A DNA stretch of 64,000 nt. Origin: an uncultured Chloroflexia bacterium (lineage in GTDB: Bacteria > Chloroflexota > Limnocylindria > Limnocylindrales > CSP1-4). The number at the start of each line of letters is the position of its first letter. Positions within the stretch are counted from its first letter, which is position 1. Below, piece after piece: positions 31,513-41,846 of the stretch. Below the pieces are notes generated by a model. The model searched no databases, was not told the DNA's origin, and saw nothing but the letters and a program-made list of their open reading frames with translations. The stretch spans positions 832,001-896,000 of the forward strand of contig CAVVCZ010000004.1 in NCBI GenBank assembly GCA_963746845.1. Reading direction: 5' to 3'. A program made the translations under genes and the position numbers.

Positions 31513-32300
31513 CGGGTTCCTCGCGACGGCGGCTCGTCATCCGCGGCGACCGAACCGGCCGGCTCGGCGACGTCGTCACGGGCGGCGCCGCCGCTCGTCC
31601 GGGCGACCGCCTCCCGTCGGAGGACCTCCATCGCGCGCTGGGCGGCGGCGGTCTCGGCGACACGGCGGGACGGTCCGCTGCCCACGCCGAGCGCGCGTCC
31701 CTCGACCAGCACCTCGACCTGGAACTGCTTCTCGTGATCGGGTCCGGTCGCGTCGACGACGTGGTACTCGGGCCGCGATCCCGTCTGGCGCTGGGTGTAC
31801 TCCTGGAGCCGGCTCTTCGGGCTCTTCAGGGTCGAGACCGGGGCGTCCATCGCGATCTCCGGCGCGGCCAGCGTCGTCAGCCAGGTACGGGTCTCGTCGA
31901 ACCCGATCTCCAGGTAGAGCGCACCGGCGAGGGCCTCGAAGGCCGAGGCGAGGATCGACGGCCGGCGACGGCCGCCGCGGGTCGCCTCACCCTCGCCGAG
32001 GAAGAGCATCGAGCCGAGGTCGATCCGGTGCGCGAGACGCGCCAGACCGACCGTCGACACGATCGATGCGCGACGGGCGCTGAGGATCCCCTCGTCGTCG
32101 GCGGGATGGGCGGCGAACAGGCCGTCCGAGATCGCCAGGTTGACGACCGCATCGCCGAGGAACTCGAGCCGTTCGTTGTGGCCGACTGCGTCGTCCGGGT
32201 GTTCGTGCAGCCAGCTCGTGTGGACGAGCGCCTGGGTGATGAGGTCCGAATCGCCGACGGGGAGACCCAGCCGTTCCGCGAGGGCGGCGGCGGGTCGCAC
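31509..32300 (-). CDS. rnc: Ribonuclease III
   Basis: NERLEFLGDAV, FEALAGALY, PKSRLQE (dsRBD). Confidence 0.97.
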   Translation of the reverse strand: MRPAAALAERLGLPVGDSDLITQALVHTSWLHEHPDDAVGHNERLEFLGDAVVNLAISDGLFAAHPADDEGILSARRASIVSTVGLARLAHRIDLGSMLFLGEGEATRGGRRRPSILASAFEALAGALYLEIGFDETRTWLTTLAAPEIAMDAPVSTLKSPKSRLQEYTQRQTGSRPEYHVVDATGPDHEKQFQVEVLVEGRALGVGSGPSRRVAETAAAQRAMEVLRREAVARTSGGAARDDVAEPAGSVAADDEPPSRGTR

Positions 32301-32317
32301 GGCTCCCGGGGGCGGGC

Positions 32318-32554
32318 CTAGGACGACCGCTCGTCGATGTAGTCGACCGCGTCCTGGACGGTCCGGATCTTCTCCGCGTCCTCGTCCGAGATCTCGGTCC
32401 CGAACTCCTCTTCGAGGCTCATGATCAGCTCGACGAGGTCCAGCGAGTCGGCATTCAGGTCGTCGACGAACGATGCTTCCGGCTTGACCTCGTCCTCCTC
32501 GACGCCAAGCTGCTCGACCACGAGCTTCTTCAGCCGCTCGTACGTGGTGGACAC
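32318..32554 (-). CDS. acpP: Acyl carrier protein
   Basis: [24 protein letters not shown]. Confidence 0.97.
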   Translation of the reverse strand: MSTTYERLKKLVVEQLGVEEDEVKPEASFVDDLNADSLDLVELIMSLEEEFGTEISDEDAEKIRTVQDAVDYIDERSS

Positions 32555-32583
32555 TGAGACTCCCTCCTCGGAGCTGGAGCCGG

Positions 32584-33021
32584 CTACCGGCCGACCGTGC
32601 TGGCGATCCGCCCGAGAACGCCGTTCATGAGGCGCCGCATCGGGTCTCCACTGTAGGTGCGGGCGAGCTCGACCCATTCGGCGATGGCCACCCGGGCCGG
32701 CGTCGGCGAGTGTAGCACCTCACCAATGGCGCTACGGAGGAGGGAACGGTCCATCGGCGCGAGCCCGCCGACCGGGTACTGGGGGGCCGTCCGGGCGATC
32801 TCGGCGTCGATCGTGTCGCGGTGCTCGACGACGGCGGCGACGAGGAGGCGGGCGAGGTCGGCGGCCCGCGCATCGCCCTCCGTCTCGGCAAGGTGACGCT
32901 CGAGGATCGCGGTCGCGGTCCGCTGACCGAAGTCGGCTTCGAAGACGGCCGCGAGCGCAAGGCGACGACCGGTCCGGAGCGCGCGGACGCGATCCGGGCC
33001 GGCGCTAGGCTCCGACGCCAT
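32584..33021 (-). CDS. nusB: Transcription antitermination factor NusB
   Basis: DRSLLR...[13 protein letters not shown]...MNGVLG. Confidence 0.9.
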   Translation of the reverse strand: MASEPSAGPDRVRALRTGRRLALAAVFEADFGQRTATAILERHLAETEGDARAADLARLLVAAVVEHRDTIDAEIARTAPQYPVGGLAPMDRSLLRSAIGEVLHSPTPARVAIAEWVELARTYSGDPMRRLMNGVLGRIASTVGR

Positions 33022-33319
33022 CGACCGTCACCGTGACCGACTCGAGGCGCAGGCCCAGGAGCCGCTCGACGGCGGCGCCCACGGCGCCGCGGACCTCCTC
33101 GACGAGCTCCGTGAGCGCCTGGCCCGGACGGGCGACGATCCAGACGCGGATCCGGACCCCGTGGTCCGAGCAATGGGTGACGACGGCCGGACCGGCCAGG
33201 AGCGTCCGCCACGGCGGGCCGCCCCGGGACACGCGGGCGACGCCCGGGATCTCGAGGGCGGCGAGGCGCACGATCTCGTCGACGACGCCGCGGTTGACCG
33301 ACAGCTCGGGGCCGCTCAC
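33005..33319 (-). CDS. Asp23/Gls24 family protein
   Basis: VVDEIVRLAALEIPGV...AVERLLGL...VTVTVDGV; upstream of nusB. Confidence 0.8.
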   Translation of the reverse strand: MSGPELSVNRGVVDEIVRLAALEIPGVARVSRGGPPWRTLLAGPAVVTHCSDHGVRIRVWIVARPGQALTELVEEVRGAVGAAVERLLGLRLESVTVTVDGVGA

Positions 33320-34422
33320 GTCGCGGGCTCCAGGGCCTCGCCGGGAGCGGCGACCCCGCCAGCGCCTCCCGGGGCCGTCGGGCGGAGGGCCTCGCCGATC
33401 ATCTCGGGCACCCGCGTCCGGGCCATCGTCGCGGCCACGTCCACGCCGAAGCCGACCATCCGCCGGCGGGCCCGGCCGTGGGTGATGATCACGGTGCCCC
33501 GGACGCCGAGGAGCGGCGATCCGCCGACCCGCTCGTAGTCGAAGACGCCGCGGATCCGGTCGATGCTCGGGCGCATCAGCAGCCCGGCGACCTTGCCCCG
33601 GAGCGACCCGCGGAACTCGCGCCGGAACAGGTCGAAGATGTAGCCGGACAGGCCCTCGAAGAACTTGATGACGACGTTGCCGACGACCGCGTCGCAGACG
33701 ACGACGTCCGCCTGATGACGGGTGAGGTCCTTGCCCTCGACGTTGCCGACGAAGTTCAGGTCGGTCTGGTCGAGGAGTTCGGTCGCCTGCTGGATCCGGA
33801 GGTCGCCCTTGCCCTTCTCCTCCCCGATCGAGAGGAGGGCGACGCGCGGCTTCGGGACGCCCAGGACCCGCTCGCTGAAGATCGAGCCCATGCGCGCGTA
33901 CTGGGCGAGGTTCTCGGCAGTCGAGTCGGGGTTCGCGCCGATGTCGAGGAGGACCAGCGTGCCACCGTCGGTGATCAGCTGGACCGCGAGGGCGGGGCGG
34001 TCGACACCCGGCAATCGGCCGAGTCGGAGGACCGCGGCGGCCATCCCGGCACCGGTGTGACCCGCCGTGACCAGCGCATCGGCCTCACCGCGCTTGACGA
34101 GGTCCATCGCGACGAGGATCGTCGAGTCCTTCTTCTCGCGGAGCGCCATCGCGGGGTGCTCGTCCATGCCGATGACCTCGGATGCATGGACGATCGACAC
34201 GTTCGGCGGCAGCTCGCCGGCGATGCCGCGGATGGTCGACGTGTCGCCGACGAGGATCACCCGATCGCGGGGGCTGGCCCGGGCGTGGTCGATGGCGCCG
34301 GGGACGACCTCCGTCGGGCCGTGGTCCCCGCCCATCGCGTCCACCGCGATCGTGACGCCGCGCGCATCACCGGAGGGTGCTCCGGCGGGCGACGGGTTCG
34401 GCCGATCGAGCGCGGCGACCAC
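33316..34422 (-). CDS. plsX: Phosphate acyltransferase PlsX
   Basis: IAVDAMGGDHGP, GVDRPAL, LDIGAN, IGEE..KG, GNVEG, LLGV...HG. Confidence 0.96.
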   Translation of the reverse strand: MVAALDRPNPSPAGAPSGDARGVTIAVDAMGGDHGPTEVVPGAIDHARASPRDRVILVGDTSTIRGIAGELPPNVSIVHASEVIGMDEHPAMALREKKDSTILVAMDLVKRGEADALVTAGHTGAGMAAAVLRLGRLPGVDRPALAVQLITDGGTLVLLDIGANPDSTAENLAQYARMGSIFSERVLGVPKPRVALLSIGEEKGKGDLRIQQATELLDQTDLNFVGNVEGKDLTRHQADVVVCDAVVGNVVIKFFEGLSGYIFDLFRREFRGSLRGKVAGLLMRPSIDRIRGVFDYERVGGSPLLGVRGTVIITHGRARRRMVGFGVDVAATMARTRVPEMIGEALRPTAPGGAGGVAAPGEALEPAT

Positions 34423-34423
34423 C

Positions 34424-34624
34424 TCAGGAGGCGGTGTCGGTCGCGGTCTGCTTGAGCTCGATCGCCTGGCGGCCCTGATACCAGCCGCAGTTCGGGCAGA
34501 CGTGATGCGGCAGCTTCGGCTCGTGGCAGTGATCGCATTCCACGAGCTGCGGCACGCTCAGCGCCAGGTGCGCGCGGCGCTCGCCCTGCCGGGCGTGCGA
34601 GACGCGACGCTTCGGAACACCCAC
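34424..34624 (-). CDS. rpmF: 50S ribosomal protein L32 (Zn-ribbon form)
   Basis: VPKRRVS...CDHC...HHVCPNCG.Y. Confidence 0.96.
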   Translation of the reverse strand: MGVPKRRVSHARQGERRAHLALSVPQLVECDHCHEPKLPHHVCPNCGWYQGRQAIELKQTATDTAS

Positions 34625-34783
34625 GGTCCGTGGTCTCCTTCGATGTCAATGGTCGGAGTCGCCTGATCGGCGGCCGAGGGTCCGGGACGCGCCGAGAGGC
34701 CCGCCGGTCGGCGGGGTCGAGCGCGGAGTGTACCCGATGGCTGGCCCAACCGCGACCGTACGGGCCGCCAGTCCCGGGCCGGT

Positions 34784-35374
34784 TCAGTCGTCGGACGCGG
34801 GCTGGAACGCCTTCAGCGCTTCGAGCCGCGGATCGATGTCCTCGTCCGGGTGATCGTGGGCCCCGTCATCGAGCCGCTCGCCGCAGACGAGACAGAGACC
34901 CGGGCAGTCGTCGCGGCAGAGCGGCGCGATCGGCTCCGCCAGCAGGATCGCCTCGCGGACCGACCGCTCGAGGTCCAGCTCGTGATGATCGGACAGCCGG
35001 ATCACGTCCTCGTCGAGCTCCTCCTGGGTCGGCACGATCACGGCGCCGCTGTGAATGTCGATCGAGGGCAGCGCCTCGGCCCGGATCTCGACGGCGATCG
35101 GGACGTTGATCTCGCGGAGGCAGCGCGCGCACACCTCGGCCAGCGATGTCGTGATGTCGGCGTCGACCAGCAGCCCACGGTTCGTGCGGGAGAGATGAAG
35201 CCGGCCCTCGATCGGCGACGCGAGCTGCAGGTCCTCGCCGAGATCGACCGTGACGCCCTCGAAGACGTAGTCGCGGGCGGCCCCGGGGCCCTCCCCGAGG
35301 AGGCCCGCGACGTTCCAGACGAGCGGCTGGTCATCGGTCGCCCGGGCGGTGCCCGGGCGATCCCGGTCGGTCAT
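34784..35374 (-). CDS. YceD/DUF177 family protein
   Basis: CARCL...PLCRDDCPGLCLVCG...IDPRLEALK; upstream of rpmF. Confidence 0.9.
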   Translation of the reverse strand: MTDRDRPGTARATDDQPLVWNVAGLLGEGPGAARDYVFEGVTVDLGEDLQLASPIEGRLHLSRTNRGLLVDADITTSLAEVCARCLREINVPIAVEIRAEALPSIDIHSGAVIVPTQEELDEDVIRLSDHHELDLERSVREAILLAEPIAPLCRDDCPGLCLVCGERLDDGAHDHPDEDIDPRLEALKAFQPASDD

Positions 35375-35928
35375 CGCCGGGCAGTCGCGGCCGCGCCCTC
35401 GTCGTCCGGGACGTCGATCGGGATCCCGTCGTCGTAGCCGTCGTCCGGCCCGACGCCGTTCAGCTCGTCGGCGCGGAGATCCGCCCGCCGCGTGTCCAGG
35501 AGGTCGATGCCCTTCTTGATGCTCTGGAGGGTCTTGACGACGTCGCCCTCCAGCCCCACGAGGACGTTGACGGCGTACTCATCGGCGCCGCGTCGGATGT
35601 CCTCGGCGTCGGCCTCCGCCTCGCCCAGGATCCGCCGGCTGTCGGCCTCGGCCTGCTGGGTCAGGCCGCGCTCGTCGATGAGGAAGGCGGCCTGCTCCTG
35701 GGCCCGAGCGACGATCCGCTCGGCCTCCTCCTGGGCCTTCTCGATGATCCGTTCGCCCTCGGAGTTGATCCGCTTCGCGGCGCGGACCTCCTCGGGCACG
35801 GCGACCCGGAGCTCGTCGATCAGGCCGAGCGCGGCCGCCTGGTCCACCACGACGTTGTTCGTCAGGGGCAGCTTCTTGCCGTTCGCGATGATCGACTCGA
35901 GGCGCTCGACGAGGAAGATGATGTCGAT
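35371..35928 (-). CDS. Conserved coiled-coil protein between coaD and yceD (DivIVA/ATP-synthase-b-like); start uncertain (ATC at 35928 or GTG at 35973)
   Basis: DIIFLVERLE...KLPL...VPEEVRAAK...AQEEAERIV...ADEYA; conserved synteny. Confidence 0.75.
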   Translation of the reverse strand: MDIIFLVERLESIIANGKKLPLTNNVVVDQAAALGLIDELRVAVPEEVRAAKRINSEGERIIEKAQEEAERIVARAQEQAAFLIDERGLTQQAEADSRRILGEAEADAEDIRRGADEYAVNVLVGLEGDVVKTLQSIKKGIDLLDTRRADLRADELNGVGPDDGYDDGIPIDVPDDEGAAATARR

Positions 35929-36048
35929 CGGAGGGCCCTCCGTGGCGTCGATCGATCGCCGGCGACGGGCCACGCCCGCGCGCCAGGACGTCGCGGGGAT
36001 TATCGCACGGCCGAAACGCTCCGGCGCCCTCTCGCGGCGGCGTGGAGG

Positions 36049-36546
36049 TCAGTCGAGGCCGAGTGTCCGGCGCAGCGCCGCACCGGCCGCCGACGGGATC
36101 ATCCCGCTCACGTCGCCACCGAACGATGCGATCTCCTTGACGAGGGACGACGACACGTAGCCGTGCTCGACAGCGGTCATGAAGAAGACGGTGTCGACGG
36201 CCGGGGCGAGGCGGCGGTTGTTGTGGGCAAGCTGCATCTCGGTCTCGAAGTCGCTGATCGCGCGCAGGCCGCGGACGATGAACCCGGCCCCCGTCCGGCG
36301 GCAGAAGTCGACGGTCAGGCCGTCGAACGTGTCGACCGTCACCTTCGCCCGGTCGAGCCCGGCCTCCTCGGCGAGCGACGCGCGGATGATCGCGACCCGT
36401 TCGTCCGTGGACAGGAGGGGCTGCTTCCGGGGGTTGGCGAGGACGCCGACGATCACCCGGTCGAAGACACCGGCCGCCCGGCCGATGACGTCCAGGTGGC
36501 CGTTCGTGATCGGATCGAACGAGCCGGGATACACCGCGATCGTCAT
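36049..36546 (-). CDS. coaD: Phosphopantetheine adenylyltransferase
   Basis: YPGSFDPITNGHLD, RGLR..SDFE.E, SSSLVKE. Confidence 0.98.
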   Translation of the reverse strand: MTIAVYPGSFDPITNGHLDVIGRAAGVFDRVIVGVLANPRKQPLLSTDERVAIIRASLAEEAGLDRAKVTVDTFDGLTVDFCRRTGAGFIVRGLRAISDFETEMQLAHNNRRLAPAVDTVFFMTAVEHGYVSSSLVKEIASFGGDVSGMIPSAAGAALRRTLGLD

Positions 36547-37127
36547 CGTGGCTCGCCGCCCTCCGTGCGCCGGTAGAAGGTGAGCGCCGTCTCGCCGAAG
36601 CGGCGATCGCGTTCGACCGCCAGCATACCCAGCCGCTCGGGGGGGCGGTCGCGCCAGAAGTGCTTGGCGACGACGCGGGCGTCGTCCGCCAGCGGTGCAT
36701 CCGGGGAGCCGAGGATCGCGAGGACCCGCCGGAGGACGTCGGTGTCCGCGTACGGCGGATCGACGACGACGATGTCGAACGGGGCAGCGAACGGGCCGCC
36801 GTCGAGCCAGCGCAGGGCGTCCGAGCGGACGACCACCGCGCGGTCGCCGTCGAGATGGGTGGCCCGCAGGTTCGCCTCGATGACCGCGGCCGCACCACCG
36901 TCCTTCTCCACGAACGTCGCCGCGGCCGCGCCTCGCGACAGACCCTCGATCCCGGCGGCGCCGCTGCCCGCGAACAGATCGAGGACCCGCGCGCCGTCGA
37001 TGTCCGGCTCCAGGATCGCGAACAACGTCTGCTTCACGCGATCCGCGAACGGCCGCGTGCCGGGTCCGGGCGCCCGGAGCCGGATCCCCTTCGCCGAGCC
37101 GGCGATGACCCGCCCGGCGTCAGCCAT
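36543..37127 (-). CDS. rsmD: 16S rRNA m2G966 methyltransferase
   Basis: RVIAG..KG, TRP..DRVK..LF, LDLFAGSG, DPPY. Confidence 0.95.
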   Translation of the reverse strand: MADAGRVIAGSAKGIRLRAPGPGTRPFADRVKQTLFAILEPDIDGARVLDLFAGSGAAGIEGLSRGAAAATFVEKDGGAAAVIEANLRATHLDGDRAVVVRSDALRWLDGGPFAAPFDIVVVDPPYADTDVLRRVLAILGSPDAPLADDARVVAKHFWRDRPPERLGMLAVERDRRFGETALTFYRRTEGGEPR

Positions 37128-37136
37128 GCCGGTTCG

Positions 37137-39383
37137 TCATGCGCCGCTCGCTGGATCGCCGGCCCAGACGCGCTCCAGCCAGCCCCGCTCCAGCTCGCGG
37201 CGGAGCGGCGCCGCCTCCGGGGAGAGGCGCCCCGCGGCATCCAGGAGCGCCTCGGCCTGGTCGCGGGCGCGCTTCGCGAGCGCCACGTGCTCGCGGTTCT
37301 GGAGCGACGCGACCCGCAGCCGGGGCAGACCGGACTGCGCCAGGCCCAGGACGTCGCCCTCCCGGCGGAGCTCGAAGTCCTTCTCGGCGAGCTCGAACCC
37401 GTCGCGGATCTCGGTGACGGCCTTCAACCGCGCCTGCGCCGTCTCGTCGGTCGTGTCCGACACCAGGACGCAGAAGCTCTCGACCGTCCCGCGTCCGACG
37501 CGGCCGCGGAGCTGGTGGAGCTGGGCGAGACCGAACCGGTCGGCGCCCTCGACGATCATCATCGTCGCCTCCGGGACGTCGACCCCGACCTCCACCACGG
37601 TGGTCCCGACGATCACGTCGAGCTCGCCGTCGCGGAACCGGGCCATCTCCGCATCGCGGTCGGCGGCCTTCATCCGGCCGTGGACCATCCCGACGCGGAG
37701 CGGGGCGAGGAGCTCGCGCAGCCGCACCGACTCGGCCTCGGCGGCGGGTGCCGACGTGTCGAAGACGGTGGGCTCGGCGTCGTCGCCCGGCTCCGCCTCG
37801 TCGATCAGCGGGACGACGACGAACGTCCGGCCACCGGCCGCCGCCTCCGCGCGAACGCGCTCCCACGTCGAGGCAAGCTGGTCCGGATGCCGGATGCCGG
37901 TCCGGATCGGGATCCGGCCCGCGGGCGGCGTGCGGAGGTCCGCGACGTCGAGGTCCGCGTACAGGACCTGGCCGAGGGTCCGCGGGATCGGGGTGGCGGT
38001 CATCAGCAGGACGTGCGGCGCATGGCCGCCGGCCTTCGCCTCGAGCTGGCCGCGCTGCTCGACGCCGAACCGGTGCTGCTCGTCGATGACGACGACGCCG
38101 AGCCGGGCGAACTCGACCTTCTCCTGGATGAGCGCGTGCGTCCCGACGACGACCGGCGCCTGGCCGGACCTGACGAGCTCGCGGACCCGGCTCGCGGCGG
38201 CCGCGGTCTGCGATCCCGTCAGCAGCTCGACCGCGATGCCGGCGTCCTCGAGCAGGCTCGCCAGCGTCGCGTGGTGCTGCCGGGCGAGCAGGTCGGTCGG
38301 CGCGAGGAGCGCGCCCTGGCCACCGGCGAGCGCGGCAGCGCCGAGCGCCCACGCCGCGACCGCAGTCTTGCCGCTCCCGACATCGCCCTGGAGCAGGCGG
38401 AGCATCGGCGTCGGCCGAGCGAGGTCCGTCCGGATCGCCTCGATCGCCACGTCCTGGTCCGTCGTCAGGTCGACGTCCTCGCCGAGCTTGCGCCGGATCG
38501 AGCCGAGGATCGACGCCCGGAGTGCCGCGTCCGTCGCGTCGTCGGCCTCGATCGGCTCGGCGGCGTCCCGGCCGCGCTGGCGGCGCCGGCCGACCATCCC
38601 GAGCTGGAGCGCGAGCAGCTCGTCGAAGGCGAGGCGGCGGAGGGCGGCGTCGCGGCCCTCGAACGAGGCCGGGTAGTGGGCCTCCTCGAGCGCGCCGACG
38701 ATCCCGGTCAGCTCCTCGGCCTCGCGGATCCGGGCGGGCAGGTACTCCTCGTAGCCGGAGCCGGCCCGGTCGAGCGCCTCGCGCATCGCGATCCGCAGCC
38801 GGGCGGCGGTGAGCCCGGCCGTGAGCCGGTACACCGGCACGATCCGCCCGACGTGGAGCATCTCGTCGTCGCGCCCGACCGGCTGGAAGTCGGGGTTGTC
38901 GATCGTCAGCTTCCGGCCGAACCGCTTGAGCTTCCCCGAGACGATGATCTCGGCGCCGGGGAACAGACGTCGCTCGATGTAGCGGCGGCCGAACCACGTC
39001 GCCTCGACCGTTCCGGTCGGGTCCTCGAGGACCGCGATCGTCCGCTGGATCCGACGGCGGAACGAGGGCTCGACCCGGACGTCCGCGACGTGGACGCGCG
39101 CGCTGACGACCGTCCCCTCCTCGACCCAGGCGAGCTCGCCCAGCTGCTTCATCTCGCGCAGGTCGTCGTACCGACGGGGCAGGTGGAACAGGAGCTCGCG
39201 AACGGTCAGGAACCCGATCCGACGGCCGGCCCGCTGGAGGAGGCTCGCCGCGCCGAGCCCGGAGTCCTTGAGCATCGTGTCGAGGAGCTCCGCCGGATCG
39301 GTCGGCGGCGGCGGGGCGGCGGGCTTGCGGGGGGCGCCCGCCGGCGCCGGCCGCGTGGGTCGTCTCGTGCCGGGGCCGGTCAC
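37137..39383 (-). CDS. recG: ATP-dependent DNA helicase RecG
   Basis: LLQGDVGSGKT, DEQHRFGV, MTATPIPRT, FGLAQLHQLRGRVGRG. Confidence 0.97.
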   Translation of the reverse strand: MTGPGTRRPTRPAPAGAPRKPAAPPPPTDPAELLDTMLKDSGLGAASLLQRAGRRIGFLTVRELLFHLPRRYDDLREMKQLGELAWVEEGTVVSARVHVADVRVEPSFRRRIQRTIAVLEDPTGTVEATWFGRRYIERRLFPGAEIIVSGKLKRFGRKLTIDNPDFQPVGRDDEMLHVGRIVPVYRLTAGLTAARLRIAMREALDRAGSGYEEYLPARIREAEELTGIVGALEEAHYPASFEGRDAALRRLAFDELLALQLGMVGRRRQRGRDAAEPIEADDATDAALRASILGSIRRKLGEDVDLTTDQDVAIEAIRTDLARPTPMLRLLQGDVGSGKTAVAAWALGAAALAGGQGALLAPTDLLARQHHATLASLLEDAGIAVELLTGSQTAAAASRVRELVRSGQAPVVVGTHALIQEKVEFARLGVVVIDEQHRFGVEQRGQLEAKAGGHAPHVLLMTATPIPRTLGQVLYADLDVADLRTPPAGRIPIRTGIRHPDQLASTWERVRAEAAAGGRTFVVVPLIDEAEPGDDAEPTVFDTSAPAAEAESVRLRELLAPLRVGMVHGRMKAADRDAEMARFRDGELDVIVGTTVVEVGVDVPEATMMIVEGADRFGLAQLHQLRGRVGRGTVESFCVLVSDTTDETAQARLKAVTEIRDGFELAEKDFELRREGDVLGLAQSGLPRLRVASLQNREHVALAKRARDQAEALLDAAGRLSPEAAPLRRELERGWLERVWAGDPASGA

Positions 39384-39387
39384 TCCC

Positions 39388-41235
39388 CTACTCGGCCGCG
39401 ATCAGGTAGCGGTAGTGCGGCTGGCCCCCGTGGACGACCTCGAACTCGGCACCGAGCTGCTCGCCGATCCGTCGCGCGATCGCCTCGGCCTCCAGGAGCG
39501 TCGCGTCCTCGCCGTAGTAGAGCGTGACCAGCTCGGTCCCGGCGGGGAACGTCTCGACGGCCTTGAGGACGGCTCGGTCCCGGTCCTTGTCGGCGGCGAC
39601 GAGCCCGTCATCCGGATCGAGCGCGATCGTCTGGCCCTTCCGGACCTTCATCCCGCCGATCTTCGCGTCGCGCACGGCCTCGGTCACCTGGACCGTCGCG
39701 AGGCCGCGGCCGGCGGCCGTCATCGGCTCGACGTTCGCGGCCGCGTCGCCGTCCGGATCGAACGCGAGGAGCGCCGCGACCCCCTCGGCCGCGTTCCGCG
39801 TCGGGACGACGACGAGGCGTCGGTCGTCGCAGATCCGCGCGGCCTGCTCGGCGGCGAGTCGGACGTTCGGGTTGTTCGGGAGCAGGATCACCTCGCGAGA
39901 CTTCGCCAGGCGCGCGATCTTCAGCAGCTCGCCCGTGCTGGGATTGGCCGTCTGGCCGCCGCGGACGATGTGCGAGACGCCGAAGTCGCGGAACAGCTTC
40001 TCGAGGCCGTCGCCCGCGACGACCGCGACGATCGCGGGGCCGAGCGCGGGGTCGATCTCGACGGGTGCCGGGCCGTGGGCACCGTTGCCGGAGGGCTCGG
40101 TCAGGTCGTCGCCCACGACCGGCTTCGTCGGGACGTCCACCGTCGGCGTCGTCGACCTCCGCGTGCGCTTCGGTCCCTCGGCCACGGCGACCGACACGCC
40201 GGCCGGCGTCGCCGAAGCCCCTCCCGCACCGTGGGCCCCGACGAACTCCGATGCCCGTGCTTCGCGGACGTCGTCGGCCATCGTGTCGAGGTTCTCGACC
40301 GTGATCCGCGTCAGCGTACCGAGCGACAGGCCGAAGGCGATCACCTCGTCGGGTCGCTCGTTGTGGACGTGGACCTTGACCATCGCGCCGTCCCCGCCGA
40401 CGAGGACGGAGTTGCCGATCGCCTCGAGACGGGCCTGGATCGCCGGAACGTCCAGGGTCGTGTCCGGCGTGGCCGTGAGGATGAAGACCGTCTCGTAGCC
40501 GAACGCGTCCTCCTCGAGGGCCGCGATGCCCGATCGGAAGGCGGGCGCGACCGCGTGCCGGTCCTCGGCGTGGGCGGCAGCCGCGGCGGCGAGTCCGGCC
40601 GATCCGTGGACCGGCTTGCCCTGGACGCTGAGCAGCGCGCCTTCGAACAGCCGGAACAGGCCCTGCCCGCCGGAGTCGACGACGCCGGCCTCGCGCAGGA
40701 TCGGGAGCAGGGACGGCGTCTTCGCCACGGAGCGGCGTGCGCCCTCGACGGTGGCCGCGAGGACGGTTTCCATCCGGTCGTCGCGCTCGGCCGCCTCGAC
40801 CGCCGCGGCCGACGACTCGCGGATCACCGTGAGGATCGTGCCCTCGACGGGCTTGCCGACCGCGCCGTATGCCGTCTGGGTCCCGATCGCCAGCGCGTTC
40901 GCGAGGTCGAGGCCGTTGAACCGCTTCTTGCCCGCGAGCCCCTCCGCGACGCCACGCAGGATCTGGCTCGTGATCACGCCGGAGTTGCCGCGGGCGCCCA
41001 TCAGCGCCCCGTGGCTCACGGCCGCCGCGATCCGCTCGGCGGAAGCGTCGCGGCCGGCCGCCTCGGCCTCCTCGAGCGCCGCGCGCACGGTCGCGACCAT
41101 GTTCGTGCCGGTGTCGCCGTCCGGGACCGGGAACACGTTCAGCGCGTTGATCTCGTCGACGCTCGCCTCGAGATTGGCGACCGCGCTGCGGATCGCCTCG
41201 AGCAGACCCGCCCCGGTGCAGTGGCTCCGCGCCAT
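39388..41235 (-). CDS. DAK2-domain fatty-acid kinase subunit A (FakA/YloV-like)
   Basis: INALNVFPVPDGDTGTNM, GARGNSGVI, PVEGTILTV, GVVDSGG, GGQTANPS, GGQPHY. Confidence 0.93.
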   Translation of the reverse strand: MARSHCTGAGLLEAIRSAVANLEASVDEINALNVFPVPDGDTGTNMVATVRAALEEAEAAGRDASAERIAAAVSHGALMGARGNSGVITSQILRGVAEGLAGKKRFNGLDLANALAIGTQTAYGAVGKPVEGTILTVIRESSAAAVEAAERDDRMETVLAATVEGARRSVAKTPSLLPILREAGVVDSGGQGLFRLFEGALLSVQGKPVHGSAGLAAAAAAHAEDRHAVAPAFRSGIAALEEDAFGYETVFILTATPDTTLDVPAIQARLEAIGNSVLVGGDGAMVKVHVHNERPDEVIAFGLSLGTLTRITVENLDTMADDVREARASEFVGAHGAGGASATPAGVSVAVAEGPKRTRRSTTPTVDVPTKPVVGDDLTEPSGNGAHGPAPVEIDPALGPAIVAVVAGDGLEKLFRDFGVSHIVRGGQTANPSTGELLKIARLAKSREVILLPNNPNVRLAAEQAARICDDRRLVVVPTRNAAEGVAALLAFDPDGDAAANVEPMTAAGRGLATVQVTEAVRDAKIGGMKVRKGQTIALDPDDGLVAADKDRDRAVLKAVETFPAGTELVTLYYGEDATLLEAEAIARRIGEQLGAEFEVVHGGQPHYRYLIAAE

Positions 41236-41681
41236 CAGGCGACGTCGGTCCCGCTCGCGGCGAGGTCGTCCGGGGCGATGCCGTCGGCAAGGCCCGGACG
41301 TCCATCGACGGGACCGCCGGGCAGCGCCTCCAGCGGCGAGGTCCGCAGGCCGTCGACGTGGATCGTGAGCCTGGCGACCTCGCGCCCGAGCGCGCGCCGG
41401 ATCGTGTAACGGACCGCGGAGTCGACCTGGCGGGCGACCTCGGCGACCGGGAGCCCGTGGGCGATCGTCAGGTCGAGATCGACCGTGAGCTCCGGGGCCA
41501 GGCCGATCCGGATCCCGCGGGGCGGGATCCCGAGCCACTCGCCGACGCGGTCCGACCACCGGGCGCCGGCGAACCCCGTGACCCCGTAGGAGCCGAGCGT
41601 CGCGGCGCGGACGAGATCGGTCAGCGCACGACGGCTCACGAGCGAACGGCCGGGGAGTGGGGTGAGCGGGTCGGTCGGCAC
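41235..41681 (-). CDS. Asp23/Gls24 family protein (YloU-like)
   Basis: ATLGSYGVTG...VDLDLTIAHGL...TIHVDG; rpmB/asp23/DAK2 synteny. Confidence 0.82.
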   Translation of the reverse strand: MPTDPLTPLPGRSLVSRRALTDLVRAATLGSYGVTGFAGARWSDRVGEWLGIPPRGIRIGLAPELTVDLDLTIAHGLPVAEVARQVDSAVRYTIRRALGREVARLTIHVDGLRTSPLEALPGGPVDGRPGLADGIAPDDLAASGTDVA

Positions 41682-41846
41682 GCCGCGGGCATCCTCCCTC
41701 AGGCTGGGTCGTGGACGCGCGCTGGCCTCGAGCGCGAAGCGGGTGCTATCATACCGCCCCGCTCGCGCCTTCCGGCCGGGCCCGTCCGTGCGTCCGCGTC
41801 CGGACTCCAGCTGATCAACCCGCTTCCACGTCGTTCGAGGACCATG

